Below are positions 1 to 12,400 of a stretch of DNA of 64,000 nucleotides, one piece after another. The stretch is from Octopus sinensis (lineage: Eukaryota), in NCBI RefSeq assembly GCF_006345805.1, contig NC_043000.1, forward strand, positions 164,300,001-164,364,000, given 5' to 3'. The notes beneath the pieces are model-generated. The model did no database searches. It was not told the origin of the DNA and saw only the letters and a list, made by a program, of their open reading frames with translations. How positions within the stretch are numbered: the stretch's first letter is position 1; each line of letters opens with the position of its first letter. A program made the translations under genes and the position numbers.

Positions 1-221
1 ATAGCAACTCACTCCCAACCCACTCTCTTTTCCCCTCCCGTCACTTTTGGTGCATCCAATCTCCTTAGCACTCTACTAACCCTTATTCCCAGCCCATTTT
101 CCCCAGAACATCAGCTTCCTGGAATCTTCTCCCTGCAAAAGTCATGGCCGTTGTCACTTGCTCCAGAATCAACAAGTATAAAAAAAAATTGTTATTGACT
201 TTTGACTGAATTGTCTAATAA

Positions 222-425
222 TAGTTTCAAATTTTGGTACAAGGCCAGCAATTTCGGGGGACGGGATGAGTCGAATACATCGACCCCAGTATTCAACTGT
301 TACATATTTCATCAAGCCAGAAAGGATGAAAAGGCAAAGTCTCCCTTGGCAGAATTTGAACTCAGAACATGCAGACAGATGAAATGCTGCTAAGCATTTT
401 GCCCAGCATGTTAACGATTCTAACA
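222..425 (+). mobile_element. SINE-like repeat (atcgaccccagt...aggcaaagtc..c.cggc.gaatttgaactcag family)
   Basis: The same core recurs at about 12110, 20180, 27150, 46570, 50690, 52770, 63655 and 63865 in this window. Confidence 0.75.
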
Positions 426-1404
426 GCTGGCCACCTTTGTATTGTCTAATAGTAATGATGCATTTGGGGAATGAATAACATCTCACCAAATGCATCATTT
501 CTTAAAGTATTCTTTCTCCCACAGGTAAAAAAAGGTTGTTTTTCTTAGTTCATTTCATCATGCGCAACTTTCCTATTGCAATATATGTCTGCTGGTTGAT
601 TTTTAAACACATGACTGTTTAGTTAATTGGCTACATTCTAAAAAATTCAAGAACTGAAAAACAAGTTCTGAAGAGATGCCAAAGATTACCTGAGACAGAT
701 ACATACTTGCTTACAAGAGAAAATTTAGATGCTCTGGAGAAAGACATTACAGGATTTGCATAACAGTAAAGCAGAGTAGAAGTGTTAGGTAACTTCCATC
801 AGACACTAAACAGTGATTCCAAAAGGAACAAATGCAAATGAAATCCCTGCTTACTTTGACTCATCATTGATTTGGACCAGAGTTAAAATCTTCAAACTGT
901 TTACAAACAAGGATCAAGTCAATCTTTTCATTTTGCTAACAATTTGTTGCAAGTTGCAGAGGGAAGATTTCCTTAGAATATTAACGATACCATAAACTAT
1001 AAGTGAAGTGATTAAAACAACATTCTAATTGATATCACAAGTGTTCTTTGAACTATTCTTATATTTCAAGATAGTCGTTTTTTTCTTTCCAAATAAACAC
1101 ACGCACTATATATTTGTACCTCACTCATTTATCCTTATTCTTGTTTTATTTTATGTCCATTGTCTGAAAATCTTTCATCACACACCTGTGACCTCTTCAG
1201 TGACTCTTCCATCTCACATGTCTCCCCTTGTTCTGTTCTTCAAATTTTATCATTAGCTACCCTGCAAGTGGCTCTACCATCTTTAAGAACTTATCTGGAC
1301 CTTTCTAGCTGCTTTTCTAACTGGGCAATATATACTATACTGCTACGTTTCTATGTTTTTGTTTCTCATTGTGTTCGGTATGTAGGTATGTACATATATG
1401 TATG

Positions 1405-1435
<31 letters not shown>

Positions 1436-2339
1436 CAATAAAATTAATGATTACAAAGTGGCTTAGCATTACCTTTAATTCCTTTTTATATATACAGCTT
1501 TACATAGACCTATACATGTTTCAACTGTATCAATTAGTAACTGTTGCAATTGCAACTCTACAAAAATACCGGTGCAGCTTCTTCCCTATAATATCCTTTG
1601 ATTTAACTGTTTCAAGTCTTCTATCAACTCTGCGTTGTATGATGTGGAGTTGGTTGCTAATTTAGACGCAAACTATTTTTAGTTCAAGTTTTGATTGGAT
1701 AATCACTTACAGCCTGTTATTTCAAAACATTCTGTTGTTTAAATTTTTATTACTCATTTATACTGAGCAAAGGTGAATTTTCTCAGGTGCAAGTATTTCA
1801 GTTAAATTATACATATATTGCATTAGTCTGTCTTAAGTTGAAAGACTGTTTACATTCTGCATGTTTGTTCTTGTTTTCCTTACCAGACTTATGACCCTGC
1901 TCTGTCTGTTTCAATTGAAGGCCTTTGTTTTATTTTATTTGAGCCATGGCACTTTCCAGAAGAGTGATATCAACTCTTTCCAAACAGTGAAATCTTATAG
2001 ACTCTGGAGAAAAGTTGGCTGATCAAATTGGTTTATCCACATTTGTTTTTGTTTTGTTTTGTCCTTTCCATTAATTGCCAAACATCTCACTCATTATTTT
2101 GATGTGTGTGTGTGTGTGGGTGAAAGTTTCTGTGCATGCACACGTTTTGCAAGTTGTTTGTGACAAAGAATTAGTGTGAGACAGAGGAATGGGTAGAGTT
2201 AACCACTTCATTAAAACTGTTATTTCTTTTATTGAATATTTCCTGTTTTGTCCCAGGAGAACTTAGACCTAAATTTTTTCTACAGGTATTAGGCCAGAAT
2301 GACTTTGAATTTGCATGCAAATCTTGGATGCCATTTAAG

Positions 2340-2760
2340 GAGAATTGGGAGTGTTTTTTTCAAGGAAAACATCAGTGTCTACATACATACAGACATGTAA
2401 GGTACAGCCTCTTCACCTGTATAGTCAGTCATGCTGTACAAGGCATCACATCCAATGCAAACTATGGACACATGAAAGGTGCAGTAGACTCATGAGGTTA
2501 CCAGAGAAAGCAGTCATATGTGGGAGATGCACAGGTGTAATAGACACTAAAAGCACACAGGAAATACATTCTCTTAAGTGCCCAGGAGAATCCCCAGAAG
2601 TAGTCGATAGCTTCAGTTGGAACATCATGGAGAAACCAACAAAGGATCAAATACCTGGAGACACAGCACTCAAGAAGACTGCTGCCTACCTGTGCAAGAA
2701 TGGTGGAAGTGATGGAGGTTGGCAGCATAATGTGTATGTACATACCTGCATTCATCACTC
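2340..2760 (+). mobile_element. Decayed RTE LINE fragment (PHD-like insert plus RT thumb)
   Basis: HIQCKLWTHERCSR...ICGRCTG...EVVDSF matches the RTE copies at 35 kb and 44 kb. Confidence 0.75.
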
Positions 2761-4300
2761 GTTACATCCCTGTCAAGTCTATACCTGCTATCCCCCACTC
2801 ATCTTCCTATCTCTTATCCCTCCATCATTCTCCTATCTACTATATCATACTACTACAGTAATTAAAGATGAGCTGGGGCAAAATATCAAAAGAACTTATT
2901 CAAATACTGCCTAAATAGGCATCTTTTTACAAAGAGAAAACATCTAAATTCAATTATTTTATATATACTGTTGTTTCCAACATTCAAGTCAGCATAGTAT
3001 TGTAAACACTCAAACACTGTCACTCTCTTTCCAAACCCTGCAGCATTTCACATGGACCTTTTGGCCCTCCAAAGTCGTCATGGTGTGTAAGTCAACCTAC
3101 CTTTTGTGGCTGTAAATTTTGGTCTGAAAAATTCAACTTATATGCTGGAAAACATGGTAGTTCTTTAATTCTCCACCTCCATGTTTGCATGTGTCGGTTC
3201 TTTTGTTTGAAAGCAATTTATATACTGAAGCGGAATGTTGTTGCATTACTAACCAATAAACTATGAGACAAAACTTTCTTTTTTCTCTCCAGGAGACGAT
3301 CAAGCAAATTGGAAGAAGTAAAGCTATTATATATTATACCTTAAGGGAACTAAAATTTAAATATGTTGGAAGTACCTTAACCTCAAAACCATTATACTTC
3401 TCTGGTCACATGTCACATATTAACTGAATATGCTTTTTGCATCTGCATTTTATTTTGAAGTACATAAATGCATTTAGAAATAGAATATAAAGCACACATT
3501 ACTCTGTAGACTGATTGGTGTTAAGGACATCCAGCCATAGAAACCAAGCCAAAATTGAAACATGCAAGTAAGATGCAGTCCTCTGAACCAAATAAGTAAG
3601 CAGTACACTGATTATGTGCTAACTCCAACTATGGTTACGTTTCCAACCCGTGCCAGTGTGAAAGCAAGAAGAGGAGGATTTGTCTCAACAGATAAGGTCT
3701 TTTGTTTAAGCTAAACCATATTCTGCCAACAATGCAGATTCTTTCAAGTTCTTTAATCCTTTTGATACCAGCCCACCTGGAGCCACCCCTGGTTCAATGA
3801 TATAAATCTCTAGTTTTAACATAATCTAAGATAAAATCTTCCACCAAAATTTCAGATTAATTAAAATTTTAAACAAGTTTAATGATGACACAATTGGGTA
3901 TATTTCAACAAAAATATGGCAATGAAATGGTGAATCCTTTTGATATTAACCCAGCTGAGTCCATTTGTATTCCAAACACCAGCTGCACAGTGCCAAAAGT
4001 TATTTCAATAAAATTCCCCATTATGTTTAAAGTTAATTGAAACAAAAGTAGTGTCCTTCAACAGAAATATGGTAACAAAAGGCTAAACCGTGACCGTTGT
4101 GTAGGCCTAGGTCATCTATGAGAGTAGACATATTAATGAAATTATTCCAACCATGATCCCACCTAGCCCTGTATTTTTCAGGCATCACATATCTACTACA
4201 TTTTTCCCAATTACTCTTACAAATCGTTTTTTTTTCCCTTCTTCAGCACAGTAGGTGTATCATCATCATCATCATCATCCAGCATACATTGTCCATTGAA

Positions 4301-5902
4301 CACATTTCGGTTTTGGAAAAATCTTATCAAAAATATGCGAAGAGAAACCAACTATTAAAAAAATTGAATTAAAATTGAGATTAAAATTCAGTTTTCTTTT
4401 CTTTTTTCCTGCAAGAACATGTGATGATATCTTTTGGTTCTGGTAGCATGACAAGTTCAACTGACTGTGACCTCAAATTACTACTATCTGTCTGTCTTTG
4501 TAATTTGAAATGTGTGGTCAAGGCTTGTTTTCTTAGGAGACACACCAGAATGAATATTCCATTTTGTTTAGCCAAAAGAATATGCACAACAGTATCAAAT
4601 GCAAACATCCGTTACACACGAATCCAGGAATCGAAAACCACACTCATCAACAGGAATTACCCACAACCCTTAATCAACAATGCAATCCAAAGAGTACTTA
4701 AACACACAAGAACTTAGACAACCAAGACCAAAGAAAGAAGAAAAATTGAAAACTCTGCCTTACATTTCCACACACAACCCACATAAAAATGAGGCCTTCA
4801 ACACCATATTCCACAGCACAGCTCTATAAGACAGACCCAAAGATGAATCAAATCCCCAAAACACACACAATCATCAAAAGTAAAAGACAAGCAATGTCAA
4901 TGGAAAAGATTTTAAGCCAGACCAAATTACACTCAACAATAACCACTAAGCCGTCAGTAAAAAAAATGCAGGAGACCCAACTGTGGGATTTGTATCAACA
5001 TAATAGAAGGATCTGAACACCGATTAGAACAAGGCCACAATTTCATTATAAAAACTAATTTTACAAGTGCATCAGAGAACTTGATTTACTTAATTAATTA
5101 CATGCTCAGGATGTAAACAGCAATATATTGGACACACAAAACAGCCTACGTCAAAGGATGGCAGTGCACAAAACTCAAATTAGGATTCCAGAATACAGGA
5201 AAATACCTCTCAGCCAGCACATCGAAGAATGTGCTTCCAACAAATTTCCAAAAATCACGTTTCCACTATACAAATTCAAAGACAATGCTAGCCAAAATGA
5301 ATGCATCAACAAGGAAATGCATTTCATAAGAAAATATCAACCAAGTCTAAATTCTCTAAACTAGCAACAATGAGAATTTTTTCATATGCATATATGTGAA
5401 TACATGTGTATTTGAATATATGAATGTGTGTGTATTTATGTATGTATATATATATATATGCATGGGTATGTGTGTATGTGTATATATATGAGTATGTATG
5501 TATCTGTATATATATGTATATGTGTATACGGGTGAGTGCATGTATGTGTGTTTAAGAAATAAAGACAAGGGGTTGAAGAACCCAATTTCTATTAAAACCA
5601 CAGGGGGAACAACTTCACCACCTGCTAGATATTCCACGGCTGTAGCCACTCCTAAGAAAACAAGTCTTGACCACACATTTCAAATTACAAAGACAGATAG
5701 TAGTAATTTGAGGTCACAGTCAGTTGAACTTGTCATGCTACCAGAACCAAAGGATATTATCCAGTGTTCTTGCAAGAAAATGGAAAGTAAACTATGAATG
5801 TTAATCTTAATTTTAATTCAATTTTTTTAATAGTTCTTTTCTCTTTGCATATTCCATTTCAGTACATATTTTTGATAAGGTTTTTCAAAAACCGAAACAT
5901 GT
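4301..5902 (+). mobile_element. 5'-truncated Penelope-like element (RT C-terminus plus GIY-YIG endonuclease) with inverted pseudo-LTR copies
   Basis: NIPFCLAKRICT...NRNYPQPLINNAI, then LIYLI...YIG...SLRQRMAVHK...EMHFIRKYQPSLN; about 240-250-bp inverted arms at 4301..4539 and 5649..5902. Confidence 0.85.
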
Positions 5903-6386
5903 AAAAGGAAAATTAAAATGTATCCAATTTTAAGAAAGTAGCATTTTCACTCTTGTTTTTCATAAACACATATATATATATATATATATATAAATGGCGG
6001 TGCCCCAGCATGGCCAAAATGGTGGTGCCCCAGCATGGCCACAGCTCGTGAGCTGAAACTAGATAAAAAAATATATAACAGGCCTGTTTCAGTTTCTGTC
6101 AAGCAAATCCACTTACAGGGCTTTAATCAGCCCAAAGTTATAGAGAAGATACTTTTCCAAGGTGTCACAGAGTGGAATTGAACTTAGAACTATGTGAAGC
6201 AAACTTCCTACCACACAGCCACACTGGCGCCTACGCAGCTTGAAAAAGAAAAAAAAAACAAAAAAGACAACGAAAATATTTTGTTATTCAGTAGATATTT
6301 AATTGAACCAGGCAACAGAGGTGAACTTGGCAAAACATACCTATCACTATATACTTATATCTGCTAATTTTATAAGAAAAGTCTCT

Positions 6387-6443
6387 TTAGTCAGAATCAG
6401 ATTTCATGCCTTTGATCTTCTTCTTATGCCGTTTAATTGCTTC
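6387..6443 (-). CDS. ATP5IF1: ATP5IF1 last coding exon (EAIKRHKKKIKGMKSDSD*)
   Basis: Acceptor ttttattgcag|G; TAA at 6389-6387; matches the IF1 C-terminus pattern (..IERHK.KI). Confidence 0.93.
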   Translation of the reverse strand, partial: EAIKRHKKKIKGMKSDSD

Positions 6444-9400
6444 CTGCAATAAAATACACAAAAAAAATGGAATTAGAAAATTTAAAGAGAATATTTTGCA
6501 TATTTTCTTTCCTCTGTAACCATTACTTTAAAACTATGTTTTTGTTTCCCCTTTCCTTTTATTTTGTCAGTGATTGTTACATCCTTATCCAACTCTATTA
6601 GTGCTCAAAAGTAATGTCCAGCAAGCAGTTGTAAGCAAATACTATACCAAAGGATGGTATAGTTTATTGCGCTGTAAAATTCACAAGTGATTTCTTATCG
6701 GCAAAGGATAAGCATCATATCTAGAGAAGATTTGTCTTGCATTCATATAAGATGTCAGTAGCCCAGTGAATTGTGCAGTACATGGCCATATGTATAGATC
6801 AATTTTGCATTTTTAGACCCCTCAAAATTGTTTGGGAAAAGTAGCTGGGTTATTACTGGTTGTGAAAGCAAAGGATAATTTGCAACTCATTGTCTGAATC
6901 ACCTGAAACTGGAGTTGGGTGGTGCATACTATGTTTTATTTTGACACCAACAGTTAGAAATCAAATCATGCAAAACAAAAACAAAATTTATGTTTTCTCT
7001 CAATTCAGTGATTAAGAAAGCATGCTCTTCTGATCAAGCCTTAACATTAATTCTACATGATTGTGAATACTTAACCTAAATTAAGAAGTAACAACCAGGA
7101 GAGAATATGTAATACCAACAACTAAAACTATCAATTCAAACTAAGTTCTGTCCAGCTTCAGTTTGGTAATAGAAACAGTTCAATTCCTAAATAAATTAAG
7201 TAACTTTAGTAAGAACTGTCAAAACAGGAATACAGTATCTGAATTAACTCTTTTTTTTTTTTACATATATATTTTGGGAATGAAACTAATATATACGCAG
7301 GCTGGTTGAAGACTGTGCATTGTTCTGGCTACATTACAATTAACTGAGACACAACTAGATAGAAATTACAATCGTTTGTTGTTAAACCTGTATGTTATCT
7401 TCCACCAAAATATTTTAGAGCAAGGTTAAAATGTTGTTATATTGAGCTAATTAATTCATATACTCGATAGTGTTGCATAATGTTCCTACAAGATCTATTA
7501 CTAGAGCTCCATTATCATGTGACCAACTTGAGAATTCAACTAATATATAAACACTTGAACTGTAATCCTAATCCCACTGTAATAAGATAGATTTCCTGAA
7601 GTAACCATCCAGCAGCAGGTTCTGTCCATCAACCAATTTAAATTCTTGGCCACAGTTATTTTTTTGCATTATACCAAATACTGTTGAGTAAGATATCACT
7701 TGTAACTCATTCTCCTCAAACAAAACAGCAATAGAGAATGCAGGTGAGAGAAGCAGAAATAGTTGTACATTTCTACAAACAGGTATGTCGTCCCTCATTT
7801 GGTCATCAAAACATACGTTTTGCAAGAATAGCAGTATCTTTGAAAGTACATTTTTCAAAAAAATGTATTATATCAACACTTTTGATTTGACCTCTATTCT
7901 AAAGTGTCATATATAGTTATATACAGAAAACAAAACAGAACTATTTGGTAGCATATATAAAATGTATACAAGCACCCACTATACAATGGAAGTATTGTGC
8001 TTCTGAAAATATTACCATAATGTGGAATTCTATAATGCAAAACATTTCACATTGACTTCCATGTAACATGGATGACAATGGGAAATACATTTCAAATTAC
8101 ATAATTTCACAATATGGCAAGACTGTAAGGAACTCAAGGTTTCCATAATGCAGGGTATAACTGCATATGTAGAGAAACCAAAATATGAAGATAGGCTCTT
8201 ATCACTATGCAGAGTATGCCATCCGTTATGCAAAGATATTTTAATGCAATCATTTTGAAGAGGGGAACTAAATAGAATTAATATTAATAACAAAATAATA
8301 CTAGAAAAAAGTTTTAATTTTATTTGATAAATGAAAAAGTATATTAGAAGGATTTTGTTTACCTCATGTATCTTAATTTGATTCTCATGAAAGTCAATAT
8401 CTTCATGTATTTGTTTCTTCAGCATAGCAAGCTGCTGTTTTTCCTGTCAAATACAAAGATTTTTTTTTTTAAGAACAGAAAGAGATGCTTGAACGGTGAC
8501 GTGTTGATGTATGTTGCATACAAGAGGTAAGGTGGAGAGGAGCTTCAGCCAGAGTTCTCACAGGCAAAGCACATAGGTATAAACTCTTCTGGGAAGGTAA
8601 TAGCGATGGAATAGGGGGTGTGGACATACTTCTTGCAGAGAAATGGGTGGATAAGGCCATAGAGGTAGTGAGGGTGTGCGATAGAGTACTTAAACTCAGG
8701 CTAGTCTTGCAGAATGGTACAGCTTCAATTATCTCTGCCTACACCCCACAAGCGGGCCTACCAAATGAACAGAGGGATCACTTTTATGATATTCTTCTGC
8801 GGGCTACCTCAAAGACAATTGACAATGATCTCATCTTTGTGGATGGAGATTTTAATGGGCATGTCTGACAGCAACCTGATATCTTCCATGGTGTACATGG
8901 GGGCCATGTAGTTGGTACCAGAAATGAAGAGGAAACTAGGCTCCTGGAGTTCTGCATTGCAAATAACCTATTGATCTGCTACACCAACTTCAGGAAGCCA
9001 ACTAGCCACCTGATAACCTATCAATCAGGTGACTTCGCTAGCCAGATTGATTTCATTCTTACCAGACAGCGGGATGCATGGTTCTCTTAAATACAAAAAA
9101 TGTACCCCCAGCCTAGACTAGTCGTTAGTGACTTTAGACTTGAGGCCAAAAGGATGCCAAAAACCAGACCAATCTGGAAAAGAAGGACTTGGAAGCTTAA
9201 GAACTCTTCACATGGTCAGAGATTTAGGGATATCCCTACCAAGAAATTTGATGATAGGGAGGAGGAGCTACAGTCCGGTGACATAGAAGGCAGCTGGAAA
9301 TTCCTCCGAGACAGCTTGCTGAGTGCCACAGATTTGGTGCTAAGTCCCTTCTACACCTAGGGTAACATGGTGGAGGAACAATACTGTAGACAAGGTCATT

Positions 9401-12400
9401 AGACCAAAAAATAGGCTTGATGGCCTGGAAGATCGGAGGTAGCAGAAGAATGTATCAGGTGGCCAAAAGGAAAGCTAGGTATATAGCTTCCCTTTTGGCC
9501 TAGCAATGTGAGGACTAAAGAACTGAAGTATTTCAGATTGCAAGACAGTGTGTGAGAGAAAACCATGATGTCATACGAGAGAAATGTGTCTGCATGGATG
9601 ATGGTGCACTTGCCTTTAATGATTCTGCAAAGAAAAAGGCTTGGAGATGCCATTATAAAAGACTGCTGAATGTGGAGAATAAATGGAAGAAGAGTCTGCC
9701 AAAGGTTGACCCAATTGAGGGATCAGCTACCCGAATTAACAGTACCCTGGTAGATAAAGAATGTGAAAGAAACAAAATCACACACACATTAAAATCTTTC
9801 AAACTTACCAATCGCTTAAAAAATTCTTCTTCTCGAGCAGCTTCCAGTTTCCCGAAAGCACCTCCAGCCTCTCTGCAACGCAAAGCAAAACAGAGATGAA
9901 AAATAAAGAAGAATGACCTTCCTCAAAACAAAATGGAAAACTTATTAGTTCAAGCATATTCAAATGTAAAATTGTTTCTTGTTTCACAGAGGATTGTAGA
10001 GGGTCAAAAGTCCAACTAGAAAACATTTAGTCTGCTGTTCTATATCTACTATTCCAGCAACGTTCACTACAAATTCTTTAAAAAAATTATTCTGCTTTTG
10101 GCACAAAGCCACAAATTTTGGAAGAGGATGCTGTTTGTTTTAATACACTCCAGTACTTTATTGGTATTTATTTTATCTAGCCTACAGAAATTAAAGGTAA
10201 AGTTAGCCTTGGAAAGATACAAATCCATTATGAAGTGAAGGAACTCAATTTTACTTTACCATTTCCATCAATCCCATTTTATCACTTGATAAAAAAAAAA
10301 ATTTTATTTCATAATATTCAACAATATTTTAACAAGTCTCACATCGGCCTAATTTTCACAGTAAGATTAATTACATATAGCTTACTGATATAATAATGCC
10401 CTGGAGTCTCTTTTTTTAATGGTTTAGTAAAGCGGGAATGGCCCTTCCTATAACCTCAATGTTGTTAACAACAAAAATAATTATCAGTATTAAAGGTTTT
10501 CTTTCCAGACTCAATACTATCGTCTGTAGGTCAGGTTTTATTGATCAGTAATCATATCTAATGTTACTCTCTTTATCTACAAACACCAAACTTTGTGAAC
10601 ACTAATACCTAAATATTCAATGACAACTATCCAAGAATACCAGAAAACTCAAACTTTATATTCCAATATGAATGTAATTAAATTCTTCAGCTAATTATAA
10701 AATACATAAAAATCCACACAGTAAATTTTTAACTTACAAAATGCAAACCTAATCAAAACAATTTCACATAAATTAGATAATGAAAAATGAATATATTAAA
10801 GAAAAATCAAATATTTAAAATTTACAATAATACATTGATGAAAATATACAAAGAAAAGAACACTCACCTAATGGAGCCTCCAGAACCACCACCCTGGAAC
10901 AAAAAAAAAAATCATGTATTCAATATACAGTAAGTATTGACTTGAAATGTCTAAGCACTAGGCCAAGATTTGTAGAAAAAGAGATTAGAGGTGAAATAAA
11001 TGTAGTACATTACAAGTACTTTTTATTGAACAGAAAGCCTTTGGAAAATGAAGCCACTTCAGAGGGATTTGATATCAGAAGAAAGAGAGTGACGCAAACA
11101 AAAAAATGAACAGATATACTATCATACATTTAGTCAATGACTTTACTGATTCAAAAGTTACAGTGTTCTAAAGCAAAATAATCTAAAACTGAGACCAGAA
11201 ATTATAAATCCACGCAAGATCTGCAACAATTGTTTGTCCAAAGAAGCACTTCAAATCTAACAGATCCACAGGATTTGTTAGCATTAAGAGCATCCAAGAA
11301 ATGAACTCTTTCATCTCTCCAAAAAGCTCCCAAGAAGTAGCTGATAGCTTCTGACTTCATCAGCAGCTGGTACAAGAATGCTCAGACAACAGAAGAGTTG
11401 AGAGAGAAAAAAAAAAGAATCAGTTGTTATGGGCAGGAGAAGACAATGTCATCCTTCATACATATGGCAATGAAAAGTGTACAGGTGTGTCCAAAGAGCA
11501 TAAAGTGTAAGCAATAGAAATAGAAGCCTGCAGAAGAGGAAATCAAAGAAGACAAAGGAAGAAATGAAGTCTGATACCAAAATGCTGGAAGAAAATGCTA
11601 AGAGACTGCTGTAAGGGATAAGAAATTGTATTGGATCAGACCTGACCCATCCAACTTATGTCTGCATGGAAAAACTGGCATAAAAAATATATAATCATGC
11701 TACACAAAGTTAATTCATTAAAATTATTTAAGTATCTGTAAAATATCAGTTGCTTCAAACAGTCAATCTTACTAATCCAGCTTATCTCTCTTTTTCTATC
11801 CATGAAATCCTTCACATACAGAGCTGGTTAGAATCTATAGATATATCAAGTTGTAGAGTATTGCACCAAAACAAAACATTGTCAACAAACTTGTAACTGT
11901 GAAGCAGCAGAGATATTTACACTTTCAATGTCTGCAGTGAATCCTGCATGGAGGAAACTATGGCCTGACTGCGTATCCAAGAGACTGCAAGGGGTTTGAG
12001 TCTGAGACACCTGTAGTCGAGGAGATGGTGTCTCTTGGCAAGCCCATGGACCTCAAGGTTGGATTTAGGAATTAGAAATGTTCTTTGTAAACCCTACAAT
12101 AATCTTTTCTCCCATAAGCACAAGGCCTGAAATTTGGGGATGGGGACAGCCGATTACATCGACCCCAGTACACAACTGGTACTTAATTGATCAACCCTGA
12201 AAGGATGAAAGGCAAAGTCAACCTCAGCAGAATTTGAACTCAGAATGTAGCAATGGGTGAAATATCACAAAGCATTTCATCCAATTCTGCCGCCAGCCAA
12301 TATATAAGTACTGGGATACCTTGCAGTATGAGTTTAATTTGTTCCATGACCGAGCTTGTTTTACGATTTATTTGTTTTACAAATCGATTTCCTCATTGAA

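Noticed and set aside
5560-5590. Possible decayed hammerhead in the Penelope pLTR (gggtt-gaag-aaccc hairpin)
   Set aside because: Only a 5-bp hairpin remains, and both conserved boxes would need several substitutions.
7568-7858. 96-aa ORF or box C/D snoRNA in ATP5IF1 intron 5
   Set aside because: No recognisable protein motif; a UGAUGA is present but there is no properly placed D box or terminal stem.
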